A stretch of 64,000 nucleotides of DNA from Terriglobia bacterium. Its GTDB lineage: Bacteria > Acidobacteriota > Terriglobia > Acidiferrales > UBA7541. Numbering within the stretch: position 1 is the first letter of the stretch; each line of letters starts with the position of its first letter. The notes beneath the pieces were generated by a model. That model was given only the letters and a program-made list of their open reading frames with translations, had not been told where the DNA came from and ran no database searches. The position numbers were made by a program, and so were the translations under genes. Positions 17,981 through 25,699 of the stretch are shown in pieces. The DNA lies in the NCBI GenBank assembly GCA_963695545.1, contig OY968796.1, positions 2,464,001 to 2,528,000 on the forward strand, given 5' to 3'.

Positions 17981-20179
17981 TTATCGCAGAAATGCGTCCG
18001 GCAATCCGCCGTCCACCACGAACACTTGCCCCGTGGTTTTTGACGAGCGATCCGAAACCAGAAAATACGCGGCCTCGGCTTGATCTTCCGGCGTGATCGC
18101 GGCTTTGGTCAGCGTGCGCTGGGCATAGAACTCCGACAACTTATTCCGGAGTGAATCGGTGTCCTCAGATTCGGCGTACGCGATCCCGTATTTCACGAGA
18201 GATGAAATCACGCGGTCGCGCGGGAACATCGTCGATCCCGCCACCACCGTCGCGGGCGCGAGTCCGTTGACGCGAATCAGCGGCGCGAGTTCCACGGCGA
18301 GCCCGCGCACCAAATGATTCGCCGCGGCCTTCGACGTGTCGTACGCCAGCGATCCCTTTTTCGAGACCACCGCGTTCACGCTCGTCGTCAGCACCAATGT
18401 CCCGCGCAGCCCCTGCCTCTCCCACACCGCGCGCGCTTCCTCGGCTACCAGGTAGCCGCCCTGCACGTTGATATCGAACGTCAGCTTCCATTGGTTGTCG
18501 GTCACGTGTCCTGTTTTATCCGGCGGCACGAAAATTCCGGCCGTCACAACCACGTGATCCACGCCGCCATACGCCAGCACGGTTTGCTTCATCAATTCGC
18601 GCACGCTCGCGCGATCCGTGATGTTCACGCTCAATCCCACCGCCGGTCCGCTGCGCGAAATCCCCGTGCCCGCGACGCCGATGCCCACGCCATACACGTC
18701 CGTCAATTCCTTCGCGGTGGCCGCAGCTGCTTCGGGATTCAAATCCGCGCAGACCACGTGCGCGCCTTCACGAGCCAGGCGATGCGCCACAGCGCGACCA
18801 ATCCCGCTGCCCGCGCCGATCACCACCACAACGGCCCGCGCCAATTCTTTTTCCGCGGGCATGCGCCGCAACTTCGCTTCTTCCAGCGCCCAGTATTCGA
18901 TGTCGAAAGCTTCCTGCTGCGGAAGCGCGATGTATTCGTCGATGGCCTCCGCGCCGCGCATCACCTCGACCGCGCAGTTGTAAAATTCCGCGGTGACGCG
19001 CGATTCGCTTTTGTCCTTGCCCCACCCGATCATGCCGACGCCGGGGATGAGCATCACGGTTGGATTCGGATCGCGCATCGCGGGCGAGCCCGGTCGTTTG
19101 CATCGCTCGTAATACGTCGCATAATCCTTGCGATATTGCGCAAGCCCCGCCGCGAGCTTTTGCTTCAATTCCTCGACGCTCTCTTTTTCGCCGTTCCAAT
19201 CGACATAGAGCGGCTTGATCTTCGTCCGCAGAAAATGGTCCGGACACGAGGTTCCAAGCTCGGCCAAACGCGCGGCATCACGGCTATTCACGAATCGCAG
19301 AATCGCCGCGCTTGATTCCACCGTGGCGATGAAGCGCCGCGCTTTTGAGATTTCGCCGCGCAGCCACGGCAGCAACTCGAACAAAATTTCGTTCCGCTTC
19401 GCTTCATCGAGCGTCGCATGCTTCGCGCCGCCGAAAGTTTTTTCGCCTTTGTCGCGCGCCTCGATGTACGCCGCCGCTTTTTCGATCAGCCCCAGCGTAA
19501 GCTCGTAGCATTCTTTATTGCCTTCGGCCCAATTGATCAGCCCATGCTGCCCCAGAATTACGCCCTTCCATTTCGGATTGGCGCGCGAGAGCCGCTCGAG
19601 CTCCAGCCCCAACTCAAATCCCGGCCGCAGCCATGGCGTCCATCCCAGCTCGCCGCCGAACACTTCGCGCGTCAATTCTTCCGAGCGCCGCGCCGCCGCG
19701 ATCGCAATCACCGCGTTGGGGTGCATGTGATCGATATTCCGCGCCGCCACGAACGCGTGCAGCGGCGTATCGATCGAAGCCGCGCGCGGATTCAGATTGA
19801 ACGCGCAGTGCGGATACATTCCGACCATCGTGTCTTCCGCCTCGGTCTTCGGACCGCGCGGCGTCATCCCCGCGTACATCGATTGCAGCCCCTTAAGCTT
19901 GTCTTCGTACAGCGAAGCAAAATTCGCGAGCGTGCTGGTGCGCAAATCTCCGCCCGATCCCTTCACCCAGAGCACCTCGACCTCGCGCCCGGTCAGCGGA
20001 TCGCGCTCCACAGTTTTCGCCGAAGTGTTGCCTCCGCCCGTGTTCGTGATCCGTTGATCGCTCCCCAGCAAATTCGAGCGGTAGACCAGGCCCTCGTGCG
20101 GCGCCAATTTCGCCGCGCGCTCGTCGTCCCACAGATAATTCACGTATTGCAGATGAATGGTTTCATTCCGTACGGTCAT
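17981..20179 (-). CDS. Bifunctional rhamnulose-1-phosphate aldolase / short-chain (lactaldehyde) dehydrogenase (RhaEW type)
   Basis: N-terminal class II aldolase (TNTGGGNTSAK, SIDTPLH, DHMHP, SCPDHFLRTK) and C-terminal SDR (GAGSGIG, YDTSK). Also FDIEYWALEEAKL. Confidence 0.92.
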   Translation of the reverse strand: MTVRNETIHLQYVNYLWDDERAAKLAPHEGLVYRSNLLGSDQRITNTGGGNTSAKTVERDPLTGREVEVLWVKGSGGDLRTSTLANFASLYEDKLKGLQSMYAGMTPRGPKTEAEDTMVGMYPHCAFNLNPRAASIDTPLHAFVAARNIDHMHPNAVIAIAAARRSEELTREVFGGELGWTPWLRPGFELGLELERLSRANPKWKGVILGQHGLINWAEGNKECYELTLGLIEKAAAYIEARDKGEKTFGGAKHATLDEAKRNEILFELLPWLRGEISKARRFIATVESSAAILRFVNSRDAARLAELGTSCPDHFLRTKIKPLYVDWNGEKESVEELKQKLAAGLAQYRKDYATYYERCKRPGSPAMRDPNPTVMLIPGVGMIGWGKDKSESRVTAEFYNCAVEVMRGAEAIDEYIALPQQEAFDIEYWALEEAKLRRMPAEKELARAVVVVIGAGSGIGRAVAHRLAREGAHVVCADLNPEAAAATAKELTDVYGVGIGVAGTGISRSGPAVGLSVNITDRASVRELMKQTVLAYGGVDHVVVTAGIFVPPDKTGHVTDNQWKLTFDINVQGGYLVAEEARAVWERQGLRGTLVLTTSVNAVVSKKGSLAYDTSKAAANHLVRGLAVELAPLIRVNGLAPATVVAGSTMFPRDRVISSLVKYGIAYAESEDTDSLRNKLSEFYAQRTLTKAAITPEDQAEAAYFLVSDRSSKTTGQVFVVDGGLPDAFLR

Positions 20180-20212
20180 GGTCGGCCTTCCAAATCCGAA
20201 TAATTTTCTCGA

Positions 20213-20548
20213 TCAAGCCAGATGGAATACTTCGGTCAGCGAAGCGATCTGCTCGTCGGCGCGCAGCCCCGGAGCGCTCTCGAAGAAATCGGCCATCTCG
20301 TTTTGCCAGCGATGGTTCACGTCGGTCATGGCCATTTGTTCGATGGCCCGCGATAAATCCGGCGTCTCGACGTAACCGACCAGCAATCCATCCTCGCGCA
20401 AAAACAGCGAGTAGTTGTACCAACCGGCCTTGTGCAGCGCCTCGCGCATTTCCGGCCACACGTCGGCGTGCCGGCGCTTGTATTCTTCCAGGCGATCGGG
20501 TTTGACTTGTAACAGGAAACAGACACGCTTCACCGGCTCGTTGGCCAT
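20213..20548 (-). CDS. rhaM: L-rhamnose mutarotase
   Basis: EYKRRHADVWPEM..AGWYNYSLFL..WQNEM..EVFHL. AGGAGG RBS; alternative GTG start at 20560. Confidence 0.9.
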   Translation of the reverse strand: MANEPVKRVCFLLQVKPDRLEEYKRRHADVWPEMREALHKAGWYNYSLFLREDGLLVGYVETPDLSRAIEQMAMTDVNHRWQNEMADFFESAPGLRADEQIASLTEVFHLA

Positions 20549-20771
20549 AGCGGACTTCACTCCTCCTAAGAATCAAGTCCCCTAAAATCGGGCGTAGATG
20601 GCCCGAACGCAACGATGCTCGCCTCTCGCGCTCGCATAGTTCCGGCTGCGGCGATGATATCACAATTGAACTTTTCGTTTTTCGCGCGCCACATCCGCCC
20701 GTGTTCCCCTGTCGAATTCTCTTTCCACTTGCTTGCATCGCGCGCCCCGCCATAGACTTGCGCGTTCCGTC

Positions 20772-22268
20772 ATGTCACGAGACGCCACTTGTCTGGCCTT
20801 CGATCTGGGCGCCGAAAGCGGACGCGCCATCATCGGCCGCCTGCGCTCCGGCAAACTTTCCATCGAAGAGCTTCGCCGCTTCCGCAATGAGCCCGTGCGT
20901 TACCACGGCGGCCTGCACTGGGACGCCCCGCGCCTGTGGCTTGAAATGCAAGCCGCGCTCGCTGCTCTGCCCTCCGCCGGCGCCGCCGACGCCATCGATT
21001 CCATCGCGGTAGACACCTGGGGCGTCGATTACGCCCTGCTCGGCGAAAATGGCGAGCTGCTCGGCAACCCTCATCACTATCGCGACGCGCGCACCGACGG
21101 CGTAATGCAGCGCGTACAAAAACAATTGACGCCGGAATTTATTTATCGCATCACCGGCATTCAATTTCTCCCCTTCAACACGCTCTTCCAATTGGCCGCA
21201 GCCGCCGAGCGCACTCCGCGCCTGCTCGCGCTCGCGCAGCACCTCGTCACCATGCCCGATCTATTTCATTTCTGGATGACGGGCAAAGCCGTCTGCGAGT
21301 ACACCAACGCATCCACCACGCAGTTCCTCGACATCCACACGCACGCCTGGTCCACCGAACTTCTCGCGAAGCTCGGCATCCCCACGCATTTCCTCTCGCC
21401 GCTCGTCGAAGCCGGCACGGTTCTCGGCCCGCTTGTGCCCGATTGCGTTGCTCGCGCCTCGAGCGCCCTCGCGCGCACCGTGGTCGTGGCCCCCGCGTGT
21501 CACGACACTGGCTCCGCCTTCGCCGCCGTGCACTCCGGCGCGCGCACCGCGCTCTTAAGTTCGGGCACGTGGTCCTTGCTCGGCACCGAATGCGCGAAGC
21601 CCGTCGTCAGCGACGAAGCCCTGCGCCTCAATTTCACAAATGAAGGCGGCGTGTTCGGCACGATTCGTCTGCTCAAGAACATCACCGGCATGTGGCTGCT
21701 CGAAAGTTGCCGCCGCTCCTGGGCCGCGAGTCATGACAAAGAATTCGCCCACGGCGATCTTCTCGCCGAAGCCGCCGCCGCTCCGCCGCTGCGGCATTTG
21801 CTTGACCCTGACGACCCGTCTTTCAGCCACCCGCCCGACATGCCCGCCGCGATCGACGCTTTCTGCCAGCGCACCGGCCAGCCCACGCCCGTCGCGCCCG
21901 GCGCCTGCGCCCGCGCGGTCCTCGAAAGTTTGGCGCTCAAATATCGCGTGGTCCTCGAAGCGCTCGAAAAGCTCGCCGGCGCGAAATTCGAGGAACTGCG
22001 CATCGTCGGCGGCGGCTCGCAAAACGATCTGCTCAATCAATTCGCCGCCGACGCCACGGGCCGCCGCGTCGTCGCTGGCCCTGTCGAGGCCACAGCGCTT
22101 GGCAATATCGCGATCCAACTCGTCGGCACCGCCGCAGTCGCCGATCTAGCGCAAGCGCGCGAACTCATCGCCGCGTCTTTTCCCCCGCGCATATTCGAGC
22201 CGCGCCACACCGCGCCGTGGGACAATGCCTATCGCAATTTCAAATCGCTTTTGTCTGTGCCGATGTAG
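20772..22268 (+). CDS. rhaB: Rhamnulokinase (FGGY family)
   Basis: AFDLGAESGR, VDTWGVD, HYRDART, HDTGSA, SSGTWSLLG, FTNEGG, GPVEATALGN. Confidence 0.92.
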   Translation: MSRDATCLAFDLGAESGRAIIGRLRSGKLSIEELRRFRNEPVRYHGGLHWDAPRLWLEMQAALAALPSAGAADAIDSIAVDTWGVDYALLGENGELLGNPHHYRDARTDGVMQRVQKQLTPEFIYRITGIQFLPFNTLFQLAAAAERTPRLLALAQHLVTMPDLFHFWMTGKAVCEYTNASTTQFLDIHTHAWSTELLAKLGIPTHFLSPLVEAGTVLGPLVPDCVARASSALARTVVVAPACHDTGSAFAAVHSGARTALLSSGTWSLLGTECAKPVVSDEALRLNFTNEGGVFGTIRLLKNITGMWLLESCRRSWAASHDKEFAHGDLLAEAAAAPPLRHLLDPDDPSFSHPPDMPAAIDAFCQRTGQPTPVAPGACARAVLESLALKYRVVLEALEKLAGAKFEELRIVGGGSQNDLLNQFAADATGRRVVAGPVEATALGNIAIQLVGTAAVADLAQARELIAASFPPRIFEPRHTAPWDNAYRNFKSLLSVPM

Positions 22269-22289
22269 CGGAGGCCTTCAGGCCTCCAT
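22263..22289. repeat. REP-like palindrome copy 1 (ATGTAGCGGAGGCCTTCAGGCCTCCAT)
   Basis: GTAG followed by the hairpin GGAGGCC-TTCA-GGCCTCC. Identical 27-bp copy at 24897-24923. Confidence 0.75.
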
Positions 22290-22310
22290 GGCCGGTCCGC
22301 CGAGGAAACG

Positions 22311-23168
22311 ATGAAACTCTACAAACTCCAACACGGCGCCGCCGTCGAAATCGCGCGCAGCCTCTATCGTCTCCCCAGCGAAGATTGGGATGCCCTCCTG
22401 AATCGCGAAGACCTCTCGCGCTATCTCGCAAGCGCGATCAAGAAAATCCGCCCCTCCACTCTCGTCGCCGCCACGCCCAACGACATCCTCGCCCCCATCT
22501 CCAAACAAGAAGTCTGGGCCGCCGGCGTCACCTATCTTCGCAGCCGCACCGCGCGCCGCGCGGAATCGGAAGATTCCGGTGGCGGCAGCTTCTACGACCG
22601 CGTCTACACCGCCAAGCGCCCCGAACTTTTTTTCAAATCGAATCCGCAAAGCGTCGCAGGCCACGGCGAACCCGTGCGCATCCGCCGCGATTCCAAATGG
22701 AATGTTCCCGAGCCGGAACTCGTCGCCGCCGTCAACGCCCGCGGCAAAATCATCGGCTACACCATCGGCAACGACGTCAGCTCGCGCGACATCGAAGGCG
22801 AAAATCCCCTCTATCTTCCTCAAGCCAAGGTCTATCAACGCAGTTGCGCCCTCGGCCCCGGCATTCTGCTGGCGGAAAGCAATCTCCCGCGCACCACGAA
22901 AATCGATCTGGAGATCCTGCGCGCTAAGAAGGTGGTCTTCCGTGGCGATACAACTCTCGCGCAACTAAAACGCGCCCCCGCGAAGCTTGTCGAATTCCTC
23001 TACCGCGAAAACGCCTTCCCCCACGGCTGCTTCCTCTTCACCGGCACTGGCATCGTTCCCCCCGATACGTTCACGCTCGCACCGCGCGATGAAGTTCGCA
23101 TCTCCATCACCGGAATCGGCACGCTCTCCAACACCGTCGAACAGCTCGCTCCCAAGGCCCGCCCATAA
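22311..23168 (+). CDS. Fumarylacetoacetate hydrolase family protein, 2-keto-3-deoxy-pentonate dehydratase (XylX/KdaD)-like
   Basis: QEVWAAGVTY, RPELFFK, VPEPEL, GNDVSSRDIEGENPLYLPQAKVY, TGTGIVP. Confidence 0.85.
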   Translation: MKLYKLQHGAAVEIARSLYRLPSEDWDALLNREDLSRYLASAIKKIRPSTLVAATPNDILAPISKQEVWAAGVTYLRSRTARRAESEDSGGGSFYDRVYTAKRPELFFKSNPQSVAGHGEPVRIRRDSKWNVPEPELVAAVNARGKIIGYTIGNDVSSRDIEGENPLYLPQAKVYQRSCALGPGILLAESNLPRTTKIDLEILRAKKVVFRGDTTLAQLKRAPAKLVEFLYRENAFPHGCFLFTGTGIVPPDTFTLAPRDEVRISITGIGTLSNTVEQLAPKARP

Positions 23169-23252
23169 TCCCGCGTCGGCAGCGCGCCTCGACGCGCTCA
23201 TTCCTCTGTTAGCCGCCATTTTCGGAATCGAGCCCTTGCGCGGACCGCGACG

Positions 23253-24695
23253 TCACTTACTCGGTGAGCCCGGATAATAGACCATCACGTACAAATCGTT
23301 CCCCAAAAGATTCGTGCCCTGGAAGCCGTTGCCGAACGAAAAATTCCACTCGAACCCTTCGGCAGGCCCATCAGTCTGGCAAGGCGACGCGGCGGTTTCC
23401 GCTGCGCACGCCCAGTAGAGATAAGGCTGAATATTGTGAAACGCCCCGACCTTAACGTCCGGCACCGCGACCACCGGCTCGCCACGGTGCAGCCCCAATT
23501 GTTTGTAAAACAACTCTCCCATTAAGCTGCCTGTGCAGCCATAAGCGGTCGTCCCTTTCATGCTGCACGTTGGATCGGGCGGCCCGGTCTCCGGCATCTC
23601 CCAGTTCGTTTGCCCAAGGTATCCGCGGCCTTGATCGGCGCTGTTCATCGCGGCGGTCCATTGAAGCGCAGTCGCGTGTTCCATCGAGCCGTCAGGGTTG
23701 ATGCCTGCAACGCCGAAAGTTTGTTTGGCCGCCAGATTGGCGTCCGCGAGCCACGTGACTTGTGAAATTGGATCGTACACGGTTTCGCCGCCGGGATTCA
23801 CTTCCAATCCCTGCCCAGCGGCCGGCGGCGTGCCCGGCAGCTTGCCCTTGATCATCGGCAGCACGTAAAGATAATTCAGCGTGACGTTGGCCCCTTGAAA
23901 TCCGCTGTTGAACGAAAAGCTCACAAATCCCTGTTTCGGATCGGCGGCTGCGGACTCGGACCAATACAAATACGGTTGGAAATCTTTGAATGGCCCGGCC
24001 GTCGTCGGAGGCATGGGCACGCCCGTGTTCGGCTCACGAAGTCCCAGCGACGCATAATATAAAGATCCCAGCGCGCTCTCCGAACAATTGAATCCGAACG
24101 ATTCGCCGTTGCGCCCCGTCTTCGCGCAGCTCGCGTCTTTGCTGGGTGCCGTCGGAAGCTGCCAGTTATTGTGACCGAGGTAACCAGCGCCATTATCGAG
24201 CGCGTTCATCGCCGCGACCCATCGCACCGCCGTCGCGTAGTCCATCGACCCGCTCTTATTGACGTTTGAGACTCCGAATGTTTGCTTGCCGGCCAGATTG
24301 CCGTCGGCCAGCCACGTGACGTTCAGGCTTGGATCATAAACAGTTTGACCGTCGGCGGCAGGCACCAGCGGCGCGCTCGCGGGCGCAGGCGCGGCGGCAG
24401 AAGAGCTTTGCCCGCCCCGGCACGCGCTCACCACCTGCGGATCTATTTTCGGCAGCGCTATCGAAGCCATCTTCGGCTGCGGCGTCCCTTGCACGATCGG
24501 CTGGTAGCACGCCAGCAAAATCCCATTGCGCGCCCCGCCGCCTTGAACGAAGCCCGCATTCTTGCACGCCGCTCTGATCTGCTCGCACGACCCTTGATCG
24601 GCCCGCACTTGCCCGTTGGTAAGCGCAAGGTCCAGCCCAAACAACGTCATCAATGCGATCAGCGCGCGGACGAGTGTTCGTCGGATGGAATCCAT
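23253..24695 (-). CDS. Secreted protein with two tandem DUF1566 (Lcl-type, C-lectin-like) domains
   Basis: Two repeats of TVYDP..VTWLADxNLA..GYLGxxNWxxP..S.xGxL.Y..QPYLYW..FSFxxGFQG. N-terminal signal and a Cys-rich segment. Start taken at MDSIRR. Confidence 0.75.
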   Translation of the reverse strand: MDSIRRTLVRALIALMTLFGLDLALTNGQVRADQGSCEQIRAACKNAGFVQGGGARNGILLACYQPIVQGTPQPKMASIALPKIDPQVVSACRGGQSSSAAAPAPASAPLVPAADGQTVYDPSLNVTWLADGNLAGKQTFGVSNVNKSGSMDYATAVRWVAAMNALDNGAGYLGHNNWQLPTAPSKDASCAKTGRNGESFGFNCSESALGSLYYASLGLREPNTGVPMPPTTAGPFKDFQPYLYWSESAAADPKQGFVSFSFNSGFQGANVTLNYLYVLPMIKGKLPGTPPAAGQGLEVNPGGETVYDPISQVTWLADANLAAKQTFGVAGINPDGSMEHATALQWTAAMNSADQGRGYLGQTNWEMPETGPPDPTCSMKGTTAYGCTGSLMGELFYKQLGLHRGEPVVAVPDVKVGAFHNIQPYLYWACAAETAASPCQTDGPAEGFEWNFSFGNGFQGTNLLGNDLYVMVYYPGSPSK

Positions 24696-24896
24696 CTGGA
24701 CCCCCAGGCTCGCAGAGAAACTCTCGGAACCATACATCACTTTCTGATGGCCGACTAGATCTGACCCAGGATCGCGGTTGTTCATCTCCGAGACGGACGC
24801 CGCAGCTCAGCCGCTGCAAAGCCCGCGAACGCAAATCCACCGCGTGGAAGTCTCGAACGTGCCGCTCATTCTACCCAAGCGAGATTGCGAAGCTTT

Positions 24897-24923
24897 ATGT
24901 AGCGGAGGCCTTCAGGCCTCCAT
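24897..24923. repeat. REP-like palindrome copy 2
   Basis: Identical to 22263-22289, same orientation, intergenic. Confidence 0.75.
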
Positions 24924-25356
24924 CTTGCCCTTGCGCCGGGCATGCTGGCGGGACAAAAAAATCCTCCGCCGCAAATCGCAGGATAACCGCGTAGTTGACA
25001 ACTCACTCCGCATATCGCCGCGCCTCTGCGATCACTGAGTCGATTGACCACTGAAAACGTTTGGGAAAACAAAAAAAATCCGGAGAGCCATCGCTCAGAT
25101 CGCGAGTGAGCCGGTCTGCGTCGACCAGCGGGCCATTTTCGCAGATGAAACAGCGGATGAAATCGCTCGCGGATGTATCAAATGCAATTTGTCGTTAACA
25201 TTCGAAGACTCAAGTGGACCGCCCGCGCGGACCATAACAGCATAGACTACAGTAGGATAGATTGCGCAAGCCTCCCCGAGGCGCGACACAATCCTTTCGA
25301 AACGCTCCGAGAACGTCCCCGACATTCTATTCGAATAGTATACTGACAAAATACTC

Positions 25357-25385
25357 TTGACAGGTGTTGCCTTTTTCGCTATAAG
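25357..25385 (+). promoter_or_regulatory. Sigma70-like promoter TTGACA-N17-TATAAG
   Basis: Perfect -35 (25357-25362), 17-nt spacer, 5/6 match -10 (25380-25385). Perfect palindrome CTATTCGAATAG just upstream (25327-25338). Confidence 0.6.
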
Positions 25386-25489
25386 GTGGTATGAAGACGC
25401 AACACTTCGTCGAATCGCCCCTCCGCCTTCCTACCCGAGGTCCATCGCGCGCCGACAGCCTCGCGGCACTTTGCGCTCGTTGCAACAAA

Positions 25490-25644
25490 ACCCCCTATGT
25501 AAGCCCTTTGTTTTCAGAATCTTGCAAAAGAGTGCGCAACTTGTTGAAAACAAGACGTATCATGCCCCTTTCTTTTCACACTCATCCGCACTCTTTCCCT
25601 GCATCCCCTTTATTTGCAATACTTACGCAAAACATACCGGGGGT
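25490..25644. repeat. AT-rich element: four degenerate ~25-bp units plus nested inverted repeats
   Basis: Units share YTTN-TTTKCA-N4/5-WTNC. Inverted pairs AAAGAGTGCG/CGCACTCTTT and ACCCCC/GGGGGT. Confidence 0.55.
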
Positions 25645-25699
25645 GTATATACGGCTAGCGCGGCCAATCGAAGGCCCCACACAATCTAAACCACTTAGC

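Noticed and set aside
23253..24350. DGR template/variable repeat pair within the DUF1566 gene
   Set aside because: The two repeats differ at many synonymous and non-adenine positions, and no reverse transcriptase is in the window. This is an ordinary domain duplication.
25490..25644. CRISPR array
   Set aside because: The units are degenerate, one is inverted, spacing is irregular and short, and there are no cas genes.
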